Origin: Lingula anatina
Taxonomy: Eukaryota; Animalia; Brachiopoda
Length of the DNA stretch: 64,000 nt
Reading direction: 5' to 3'
NCBI GenBank assembly: GCA_051362555.1
Contig: CM120649.1
Location: 9,858,001-9,922,000 of the forward strand
Shown piece by piece: positions 27,001 to 39,700 of the stretch; within the stretch, counting starts at the first letter, position 1; each line of letters opens with the position of its first letter. Both the position numbers and the translations under genes were made by a program. The notes under the pieces were generated by a model. That model saw only the letters and a list, made by a program, of their open reading frames with translations. It had not been told where the DNA came from and ran no database searches.

Positions 27001-28540
27001 ATAAATAAATAAATTCAAACATAAAACAAATTCTAATTTTTAAAAATTTTTTCTACTGTCAACGACGTACAGTTTGACGCCCAAACAATCAGGTGCCAAA
27101 CAGCTCTGTAAATTCCATAACGATAGCTGAAAAACTGTAGTCAATAAACATAACAACAAACAAACAAAGAAACAATGCGACCGAGTACTCTAATTAAAAA
27201 TAAAACGAGATTTCAATTCGCGGCCTTCTCTCGTTCCTTCATATAATACTTTAACACAAGTAAGGTTTTACATTATTGACCGCTTTCAGGAATTTTCTAG
27301 TTTGTTTATAAACTATACATGTATAGCTACTCATGATGAAAGCAATCACAAGTGCACTGTGAAAAAGTTAATCTATGACTCACAAATACATGATTAACAC
27401 AGCGCTGAAACTCTCTACTACATGTATATAAAAAAGCGCGTGGCTTAAAGCGATGTAATTGAGTACTGTCATTCAATAAGCACGTTTTTAGCAAAACTTA
27501 CTTGTGTTTCCGCTATAAATCCGTATTTTATCTCAGCTATATTGATATTGACAGGTAAACACAGAACTGATGACAGATCCAAGCAGTGTACTCCAAGAGG
27601 TGTGCGACCAAGAACTGAACGATAAATCCTTATGTCGTTGCTTCTGTAAGTGAATGCACATAGCCTTTAAAACACACACACACGGACAGACAAGCAATTT
27701 AAATCATTGTGAGCATCCATGATTACCTTAAACTATTACTATACAGTCGTTTCTAAAAGCGTTTAGTATTCAACAGATAATGACCCACCAATAAAAAACG
27801 GTAGTAAACATGGATGTAAAACGAATACTAAATTAAAACGGAAGGGCTTTTACATACTAGTATAGAGTACAAGGCTTCCCACATAAGAAATGCATTTTAC
27901 CCGGACAATGCTTCATAACTGCCGTTGAGAGTGTATTCAAAAGTGGTGTCTAGTCGAACTCCCATCTTTCGTGCTTTAGGCAACGTGGACTGTAAGTGGA
28001 GCTCCAGTCGTGCTGCCACACCTATGGTCATCTCAAGCTCCACCTGGTGTTTGTACTTAGATGGTGCCTTAATAACAGACTGAACATTTCACGTCTGATG
28101 AGTTTTCCAAAATCAGATGGAACGCAGAAATGTTTTTTTTTAACGAAAAGATTGAATTGATGTATCATACATTCAAAGCTTTTAATACAAAATATATATA
28201 TACTAAATTGCATCAACTGTAATGAAATATCAAATTTTCAGTATTAAATACCAAAATATAAAATGGACAAAATAAAATTAGAAACACCTAACCTGCAATT
28301 TTGCCTTTCTTTTCACTGTTGTAAATACACTGCCGGTGGACAACGTGGTGATTAGACGCTTGCCTGGGCGGAATGCAGTATAAGGGGCGTTGGTGTAAAT
28401 GCCACTGTCGCTTATGTCATGGACAGGAATACACTCGATTAGAATATAATCGCCTTTCTCAAACAATGATATCACCTACAAGTATATATGGGCCACATTG
28501 GATATCCGCATTTGTATTACATTTGCTAAAAGACGTACAA

Positions 28541-28573
<33 letters not shown>

Positions 28574-31500
28574 AGACTTATCAATAATCATATTTAAACT
28601 TTTAAATGCATGAACAATGTATATCGAATATACTACATAAGTAGAATTTAAACTAAATTTCAAACGAGATAGATGCTACAGTTCGTGTGCAATACTTGTT
28701 AATAATGCATCAACACAAGCGCGTGCGTGCGCTTACGCACTCACAAATGTGTACAAGCACATTTTTACATTTTCTATCAAATTTACAATCATTTGACATG
28801 ACTCTTTCAATACTATTTTGTACTGACGCGCCCTAGAAATGATCCTGATGCACGTCCAGGAATGACGTCACCCTTGCCAGTTGTCTCCGCTTGCTCGGTC
28901 ACCGGCTGAGCTATGTGCAGGCTTTTGTCATTGTGTTCTCCACCATGACAGTACATTGTTTTTGATATGTCACCAGGGGGAGTTTTGATAGACCTGGAAA
29001 ACAAAGCAATCTAGCCCAATGAGTGCTACGGTGGGTACAGATACCGTAGAAATTGAGTATGAACGGATGGTCAACGGGCTGCAAAATGAACATTATTTAT
29101 TGCACCGGAAAAAGGAAAGGTGGCTGGCTATACAAAATCAGATACTTTCTGTAATATGTGATTTACGCAACCAAACAATACAGGAAGGATAAACTCCAGG
29201 CGACAGTTACACAATTTCAAATCTCAAAACTATATAACAAATTCCTTTTTACTGAGTACAAGTACAGAAAGTTTTATTAAATATCTAATCAAAGTAATAA
29301 CCACCTACAGTATACTTCAGGTAAAGGTGGGGTAAACAGTTAAACAGGTAAACAGATATTTTATGAATATTTTTAGTGTGGTGGTTAGTGGGTAGGTGGG
29401 TAGTGGTCAAGCAATTCAAAGTGACTAATAATCAAAGGGATTCCTGGATAAGCAAGAAAACCCGTTTACCTCACCTCAACCTAGAGATGCACCTTAATTC
29501 AAAACTTACTCAATCAAGGGGGAAGTAATAAAGCAATTAAAAGTAGCAGACAATTCATCAAAGGGTTACCTGGATGAGTGAGATCATCCGTTTACCCCAC
29601 ATTTACCTGGAGATATAGTTTGATCAGATTTTAAATAAAATGTTCTGCACTTCTATCCCTGTACTTGTTCTCCACGAAAATACTTTGTTTAATGAAATTA
29701 ACATTATCTATCCTCAATTTGCATCATCACACTAAGAAATATTCAGAAAATGAAAAAAAAAATTTGAACTTTGTACTCTTTACTTTATATATATATAGAG
29801 AGAGAATGTTAGTGTAAAAATCCACTCTCAAATGTCATCTGTGAGTTGAATTAGCCGAATATTCGCCATGCCCACGTGATTTCACAGGCTTTTGTAATTC
29901 TCATATCTTACGCTAAGGACATGGCGTTTCCACATGTCTTCAGTTGGCCGTGGTATAACTTTGCCCCGGCTTCTTCGACGATGTCTTCTACATCTTCCAG
30001 GAACCCATGGCTAACAGTACCGACCATTACATCGCCGACCTGAACTCCTACCACCGCGTTCTTTAACAGAATAATGTACTGTGACGCAATGGGCCTTTGG
30101 CTAACGTCATACCAATGACCAAGACATTTATACACCCGCTGTGGAGCTGCAAAAAATAAAATAATGCATCTAAGTTGACCATATGTAGAATTACAGTGAT
30201 ATTTTATAACGTTTACATTTGTATAACCTATATTAATGTATACTTATTCAGAACATTGACTATTTTTTATGCACCCCCTCCCATCAATGTCAATGTCAAG
30301 TCTGTATATAAACTTGCAATATTGGTTCATGTACAACAAAAGTATCAGGAAAGCACACAGTCATGTACGGGAGTGCTGATTGAAACTTTATGTTAAACAT
30401 ACCCTCGATCGCGCGGACCGTGGAACCATTTACTACTTTTCCTTGTTGTACAAGGGCATTTTGAAGTACTTGCACTTCCGGTATATGGTCGAGAGTCCTG
30501 TCGTCCATAAGATAATGTACAGGTACGGTCTGGTTAATGTTGGCATACTGGATAATATCTTCCAACTTGGCTGTTGATGTGGAAAAGTACTTATACGTTC
30601 CTAAAATACATATTTTGGTGTCCCGAAACTGTGTTGTAAAAATGCATGGTGTATACTGGAGGTACATAGCTTGGTTATCACCACCTACGTTAATGGTTAT
30701 TTTAAGTTATTATATGGTTGAAACAGGTGACATTCTGAAATACGTTTTTCATGATAGATTTTAAAGTCAAAATACGCGTACGTAATTGACAAAAGAACTG
30801 ATTCACAAAAGAACTGATGCATCCACAAAGAATATCCATAAAATATGTAAAAAAATTAGAAAACAATATACCTGTTTCCTTAGTTGAATACACGTTATGC
30901 ATTATCCCTCCTGCTTGTCTACTGACGATGGAAAAGTTTCTATGCCGTGGATACCTTATCCTGTCTCTGGATACAATAATGGTTTGACCTGTAATAGAAA
31001 GTGGATCATATATATCCTTAATACATACATACATAATGCTATGTCATACTTACAGTTACAACAAGTTTGCAAATACATGTATCTTAAGGCAATGTCACAT
31101 AATGAACCAACATATGAGAAATTTTAAACATACTCAGACAAACGCAACATCTTATAGTTAGACATATGTCGCAGGTAAACGTTGGTGTACGTTCGCATAC
31201 GCAGAGGCAGCAGAACGTTTTGAGAATGTTCAAAAATTCCCACGTTACCCATACGATATATCTTTAGGATACGCTTGGCATACGGTAGAATGTTACGATA
31301 AGGTTAAGATATGTTTCTCACACGGTGACCGATGCATTTTGCCTTTCTGAAGCGCACAAGTAACATAATGATGGCGAACAAGTATTGAAAGTATCTGTAA
31401 CGTTTGATTAGCGTGCTTCACTTACGCTTGACTGGCGTTCAGAAAGAAGTAACACAACGCTTTGTTATCTGCGGTAATAATATAGTGCTATTTTCATATT

Positions 31501-34269
31501 ATCATAATCATTACACTTCCTTCAAGAGAGGCAAGAAGCTGAGGACCCTTTGAAGCACTGGATCAAACCCGAAGCAGAATCAATTCCATGGCAAGACGAT
31601 ACGATTAAACCTCAAAATGAACTTCATGTATATTAAATTGTTTTTAAAACCGAATATGAACTATATTTTTATAAAGATCAATGTCATAACATAAATGTTA
31701 CCAAAACGGACTAAAATAGGCACTGTCGCCCTGTAGCATATTGCACTAACATATGAAGTAAACTGCTCACACGCAGACAAACGCAATAAGTTCGTCGGAA
31801 TTACGCCGTACACGTATACATTTCGTATACGAAGGCAGACGTTGGTGTGCGCCTACATACGCATAAGTGGGTGAATTCAGCATGCTCAAAAATCACCCAT
31901 ACGCTATCCATACGTTAGGGATACGCTTAACGTACGACAAATAGGCTAGATTGGTGCTAAACATACGTAACAGCTACGCTTCAATGCGATTGTTAGATAT
32001 ACGCGGCGCATGGATAACATGTGCATCATAATAAAGACACACAGACGTTGTTGTAATAATTAATAAACCTATGTAAATGTATGTATGCCGTATATACATG
32101 TCTTTTGCGTATATTTGCGTATGCCGATCGTATTTTGCGTTTACTTAACGAACGGTCCCTGCGTTTTGTCATTTGTGGTAAAATAAGAGTTTCATTTGCA
32201 CATTTTCATCACAACCATCCCAGATGGAGAGGAAAGATGTAGATACATGTATTTTCTAAGACCATTTGATTCAGTTGATCCAGTTTGCAGTTAATAACTG
32301 TCAACAAAACATGTACAGAAGTCCGCTACTAATCCATTGCTCATTCGTTCATATACGTTAATCGTACGCTTATATATGGTACTCAAAGCCTCATACACGC
32401 TAAAGAAACGTTCATATACACAACTTATCGCTCAAATATGCTACTACAATGCTACAATATACCGTACTCATCCGTACCCCATATGGCGATATACGCTTAC
32501 AATGACACACCTTGGTTACTCACACAATATTCAAACGCAAGTTATACAATATTTCATATGCTCTAAGTTATACGTTTCATCGACAAACGGCACTTATGCT
32601 TCTTACTCTAGGTGTAACAGTGCCTTTAGAAAATAACCACTATGTGAGGCAGACTTTTATGGAGCACAAAATATGGTTATAGCTTGTAGGTTTTAACAAA
32701 TATTGTCACGTTGTTTCGCTTTTTGTCTTTAGAGCCAACCAGGAAAACTCACTTTTTGCTAAAATTAAATCGTGGTACATTATATAACGTTCACAACAAA
32801 TGGATAAAATTATACTCTACCTGGCTTACTCGGAAGTGGGCACACATATAATTCTGCTTTAGAAGGGTTTATTGCCACCACGTGGGGATGTAGAGTTGTG
32901 TCTAACGCCCTGTTGCCATGGTGATAGTCGGGCCTCACTAAGCCATGAGGACACTTCCCCATGTCCCAATAACGACAGCCGTAAGACATCTTAAAGAACC
33001 GATAATGTTTTAATTAAAGATATTAAAACTAATTTTTAAAATTTAGAATTGTCTTTTTACAGAGATACATGAAGCAGTACTTCAAGTACAAAAATGGATA
33101 CTGGACCACAGCCTATGAACTTATTCAGCCAAACACTGAGTTTAACATGTAGACTGGTATTAACTGAAACCGCATACATGTACATACCCTGCTGGTTGGC
33201 AAGAAATACTCTTTTAAAAGGGAATTTGATCGAATTTTTTTCATTAGGCTGTTTTCAATTGTGACATGCACATGTCTCCATGTAAGTGTCCTCAATAAGG
33301 CCTGCATATTACTATACCGTCGTTCTGAACAAAACTATATAACAGCCGGGTTGATCATGAATAAGAAGTCGCGTGGAAATGTTTTTTCTATAAAAATAGT
33401 TTATAGCTCCGAATACAGTTACAACAACATATAAAGAGTCATGTTAAGTTATGTAGAGCACAGCGCCTTGGTAAGCTAGTTGGTCCAACTTTATTTAGAC
33501 TGAATTTTAGGGCGGGGTCGCTGTTTACGGCGCTCGGCGGTATCAGGATGAATAAGCTATAAGTTCCTTATATCAACAACCACTACTTACATCGTCACTA
33601 AAGCAGGCCTCCACGTCTCTACACCTGTGACAGAGCTCATCACTGGCATACCGTATGGTGGAGTTACACTGCCGGTACTCACAGCCGATATACTGGAACA
33701 GTTTAGGAAAGTATACAGTCACTGGAAACTTTTTGCTGTGTGTACACGAAGGAATAAAAATGCTATATGCGTGTATCTTATCTATAAAATAAGCAAGTCT
33801 TAAGTCCGGGCCTCATAATAGAACTTGCGACGGAAACTATACTCGTTTGCAAAAAAAAAAAAACTGTGATTAAAGTGCGCCTTACATAGACCTGCTGGGC
33901 TGCGCCGCAGATAATAAATGGTTAACGAACATTCCAAGACACGAAATTCGCTACCTTGCACAACAAACGGGCTGTGTACTTCAGCAGGGAAGGTATTGGT
34001 AGCTAATTAATAAATTACCTCGATCTCCTTTGAGCATCCCATGTGGGTGTCTACAGAGAAACAGTCGTGATAGAACCATGTTCCACACTGCTCTCTCAAC
34101 GGCTGAGACTCGTAGCCTGGCAGACATCTTTGTTTGTGGTCACACCACCCACATCCAGGCTGTTCAGTACATGATCTACACGTGCTGTACACGGGGCAGT
34201 AGCTTACTGAACAGGCACGACCCTACAGATATAAATGCCGAGGTCATTAGTCTCTCTCTCTCACTCTCT

Positions 34270-34349
<80 letters not shown>

Positions 34350-36716
34350 CAAATTGTATGAAGGTTCAAAAGTCTGATCGCATTGTTTACATGTCTCAAT
34401 CATCTTTTGGCAAGTATATATATCTTCTGATAATTAAAAGACAAATATCAGAGAATGTTTTTTCAGTGATAGGGCGCTGAAACTTATATTCACTTTAAAC
34501 TGTTTATCGCACCGGTAATGTTTAAATGACACCTCACGTGAATGTAGTTATACAGTATGTACAAATGAGAGATTTACCTGCCAGCCAGGCTGACACATGC
34601 ATTGGTTCGGTCCCACACATGTCCCGTACTTTCCACACTTGTTTCTGTCTCTACAGTGGTACACGGAGCAGTCCTTCCCTTCCCAACCACGGTTACAGTG
34701 GCAACGTTTATCATAACCACAGCGTCCATTGTACGAACAGCCATTGAGACACTTGCTTCCTGCAGTATTAACAAAACAAAAGGCTGGTAAATAATACTGA
34801 CTTACATTTACAAAATTATACATCTGACCTTGAAATTTCTTTCATGGAAATTAGGGCAAGATGGGTACAACCAAACTTACATTCAACTCAACGCCATTTT
34901 AATGGGAGACTCAGAATAGTCAAATACAAAAAAGGGCAACCGGTTCGTTTGAGACATAATTGTAGACTACTTATGAAATAAAAGTTGGGACACGAAAGAA
35001 ATTTGAAACCAAAGCGTGTATATATAAGATAAAAAAACATCGTAGAAATAAAATGCAACGCACTAAAGAGTTAAAAAAAACGAGCGGTCCAACGATGGTC
35101 ATTATGGCCATAGATCAAATCGCCTGGACACAGCATCCTTACTATTACCTGCTGTACGTTTGCAAATGAAAGGCGCAAAGTGGGAACATTCTTCCAAATA
35201 AGTGCCCCCACTTCCATCTACCGCGGTGATGTTAAACAGTGAGCACTTGCCACTTTTCTGGAAGATAACATCACTTGAATTAAATGTGGGGGACTATAGG
35301 AAGCTCCCGGGGAAATGACCATGGACCTGTCGCATCCCGCACGAAAACGCAGTAGATGCTCCAGCGCAGTAGACTACTGCAATCATACTGCAAATATGCT
35401 TCAAATCTGCTTCGCATTGGGAGCTAATTAGCATATTTGAAACATGCTTCTATCATGCTGCTAATCTACTGCATTAATGCTCCTCCTCTGTACAACCCTA
35501 TGTAATTTTTGAAGTAGAATTGCAGTAGGGTATACTGCATTTCTACTGCAAATATGCTCCACACCACTACTGCGTTAATGCTTCTTTGCTACTTCGATAC
35601 TACTGCATTTTCGTGCGGGATAACTTTACCATATACTAGTAAACATGACAAAAGAGGGCGTTGAAAAAAATGGTTCTCACTTGAGGTCAAATAAAATGTC
35701 ATTTGCAGCTGCATCTGTATAGGAACACCTATTACTACTACACGGTAGGCTTACAGCATAACCAAATGCATATCTGTAACGTAAAATACTCTACCCAATC
35801 TTGATTTCCAGTCCATAGCCCATAGCTTTGTTGTCCAATTGCGCGAGATTTAAGAACGCTTGCGACAAAGTCGCTTTCCTCTTCTCCTTGTGGACTGAAC
35901 GGCATGCTGTATTCTTTCTGAGATATAAGATAAACAACACCATGAATAGCCAAAATACGTTAAAAAATAACGGTTTAGACCCACAAGTAGGCTGTGACAG
36001 CGAGTGTGAGATTAACCTTTGGTTAACCTTTGGATGACGTGTCCACATGATCAAAATATCAAAAATATATCAAGATATATAAAGAAAAATCGGATCTATT
36101 CTGATCGGTACTCAGGACAATGAGAAATCCTTGTGTGCTTGAAGCAAAAAAAGTAACAAAAACAGTAATACGGTAACAATTAATCAGTAACAACAGCATC
36201 CGCTACGGTATCGGTTCTGGTGTTAAGATACTGATCTACCGTAGGCTTCGTTTAACAGAGATCCATCTTCTATTACATTCATATAGGTAAGAGTTACGCG
36301 ACGTAAGTGTGTCAAAAACTAGGACGTCTAGGACGGGGCTAAAATGTACAAATCAACTTTGGCAATGAACATTTAACTTTTTAAAAAAGTGATCGAATCA
36401 TTTAAAAATGATAGAATGAGTTTAGCGATGCATAATATGAACACAACTATACAAAGGATAACGTATTTGTGATCGGCTAGCACCAGCAAATAATCTGCCC
36501 CTTCAGAACATCCTTACCTCACAAGATCCAACAGCATCTGAGAATGTCTGCACTCCCCCAACGTACAGGTAACATATGCTATCGTTCTGCAACCATCCCA
36601 ACGGACACAAACCTGGAACCAGGTCACATTATCTGAAATGTCTAAACTAAGGTCTTCAAGTTAAGTCATCGTAGTCACCATGCATGCATCAAGCAGCATA
36701 TGTGTTCTAAGGAGCC

Positions 36717-36765
<49 letters not shown>

Positions 36766-39700
36766 CACACACATACACATATATATATATTAGTACTAAC
36801 TGGTCACCTACAGTTACAAACATTCCAATCAATAATTATGGCCTCCCGTCTGGTACCTTTTGATGCCAATTTTAGCTATTATATGGCATGTCAAGGAAGA
36901 GAAAGATATGTGATGGCAATTATATATGTTCTATATGTTCTGTTGTAATCAAAATACACCAGAACTGTACATACAAGTGGTAATACACAGGTTGATATTT
37001 TAAAAATACAAAGCAAGTGAATCGACATAACTTTTAAGCCAAATGCAGAGCTACAGGGGGATGCTTGGATTCACGTCTAACTATATTATAGCACATTATT
37101 TACCAAATTGTTTAACTGGAAGACATCCGTGTACATCACACGCTTTAACTTCCGGGTTCCACACTAAACCACGTGGACATACTCGAGGGATGGTTCCGCG
37201 TGCTGTGAACTCATAGAATCGACTACAATCTCTGGTGTCCGGCAGGAACGTGCCGTTTATTACTTCCGGGATTTGTCGTGGGAAATATGCTGGGGATACC
37301 TTGGGCCCTGGGGTGAAGATTTCAACAAAAATATAGGAAGTGCTGCCAAAGAATATCGCGGTAGAATGCTGCCATGTCATATGGTAAAAATTGAGTAAAA
37401 GAAAAAGCTATAGATATAAAAAAAGGAATATCCATTGAATCTACAATTCTATAGACGGGAAAGACCAAGACAACAAGAACTTAAAAAGTAGCATTAAAAT
37501 AAAAAACTTACCATTTAGAAAATCTGCTTTTGAATCTAGTATGGGCTGTATTATGACGTGAGGGAGGGAGAACCCAGTGCTATTGTCTCGAATCCTCTGC
37601 TTGATCTGCGCATGCCCTGTCAGTCCCCACCAGTTGAATGACGCATTCACAGCTGTAGAAGCTCCTTCACTTGTTATTTCGAACTTAAAAGACGGATTGT
37701 GAAAATAGTTACCATGGAGAAACGATGATGACACACCAGCAACTACAGCCGCCATGTTGTTTGCGTCTCTTGCGATGTTATAATATATGACGTTGTCAGT
37801 AGTGACCTCCATCGTGTTTCTTTTGGGTTGTGTTGTCCACCACATCACATGAAGACCCGTGTTGTTGTAGATGTAGTTGTTTGTGACGGTTCCAGACACA
37901 CCCTCCAGGTGGAGGACATCACTGTACCTATCTCCCTGTCCGTGTTGTATTACATTTCCATCTATACTGCATTGGTGTGTGTGTGGACCGTCCTCTACTG
38001 CTACAACCAGTATGCTCTCCTGCTGGGTTGTACGGACGATCTGGTTGCTCCAAATGTTAATGTTTATGCTCTGGCTGTGGATTCTTGCAAGAATGCCGCC
38101 GTGGTTCCCATCTAGATAATTGTTAGCAATGGTGACACTGCAGGACCCAGCAATGTTCAGTCGGATAGCTGCTTTCCAGTATTCAGCACGGAAGTACGAT
38201 GACTGGCCGTTTGAACGGAATGTATTCTTTGTAATAGCAAAATCAACGTCATCCTCTCCCACTGTGGTGATATTTACTCCACCCAGACCGTTGTTTGAAA
38301 AAGCGTTTCCTTCTATCTCTCTTCTGGTTCTGGTCTCTATATATTAATAGAATTAAATGATTCAATTGAAAATAGCAAAACTGATTATTTCAAACACCAT
38401 AATGTTCATGTACATTATTGCATTTCTACCTCCCAAAAATAGGACTAGAAAACAGTGTCGTGAATAATGATTAAATGCATGTATAAACACTTTTACGCAA
38501 TCACACATTTTGTGCACTGACACGCAAAGAGACAGGGGGTAGATAGAGAGAGGGGGGCTTGCAACTAGCACATAATCAATATGCTTACCTTTAAGAATGG
38601 ACAGATCCTTTCCCACTTTCACACCAAACACAATACTCTCTGTTCCGTAGTATTTCCAATCTCTGTAGCCGTTAACAAGTCTGACTGTCACGCTGGAACT
38701 GTTGATTGGTATATCATACGGAATGTAATGATCGTTTTGGTCGACATGGATAATTCGTTTTGCGGTTAGAGGAGAAATTCCCTCAAATATTTCGAGAAGG
38801 TAGTTAAACCGCATGCTGAATTGTAAGATCTGTAAGGCAGTTATTTCTCTTGTTGATAGAATGGTCTTGGTACAGTTGTAACGATAAAATATGGGTCTGT
38901 TGGAAAAATACAGAATAGAGTCAGTTTCGATTCTTAATGTTTTGGTATTTGTGTCGCACATGTTATCTAACCCGTATAATACCCCAGGCCATCCAACTGA
39001 CTCGTACTGGACACTTGTGTCTAAAGCTTGACTTCTGGTTTGCACTGAGATGACATTGACGCCCACACCTCCGTTGTCAATAAAGTCATTATTTTTTATT
39101 ATATTTTCGCCCTTTGGCATCACTAATTCTATACCGTTGAAAGCTGAACCAAAAATTCTCGATTTCATTACAACGATGCTGGATTTTACTGTCTGAATTG
39201 TGGAGCCATGGTAGCCACTTTTGTATCCTGCGCTATAAAAATCGACATGGATAATCTCTGACGTTGAATTATCTGATGCAAACACTATCCCTTGCCATTG
39301 GTTACACCCTGAATAAGGGTATTTGCATCCAAAAACAATTTTCTTCTCTTTGTCACCGTCAGCAATAAGCTTACCAAGAACAAGGACACCTTTGTCCCTT
39401 GACGGCTTGACCCAAACTCCTGGTTCAATGACCACCTCAACATTGTGTAAAATAGTCCAGTCCTCTTTCAGATAGTAAGGTGAATCTTTTGCTGCTAATC
39501 TTATGGACTGGTTCAACCACCCGCCAAGCACGTTTCCTTGTGGATGTCCCTCCGTGACGTCAGGAGTGTACACCATCTCGTTTGATCTCGACACGAATGG
39601 AAGTAATCGCACCTCTGGTAGGTACATGTCATTGTGGGCGTCATACACACGTCCTCGCACACAGGTCGTGTTATCACATCCCCAAAAGTTGAATCTGGCA

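Noticed and set aside
12737-32989. Several AAG splice acceptors (32989, 27664, 14002, 12737)
   Set aside because: AAG acceptors are less common but canonical; not evidence of unusual splicing
34030-34480. ORFs with SLSLSL/CVCVCV/THTHTH runs (also 6064-6382, 36700-36948, 63020-63322)
   Set aside because: Translations of microsatellites
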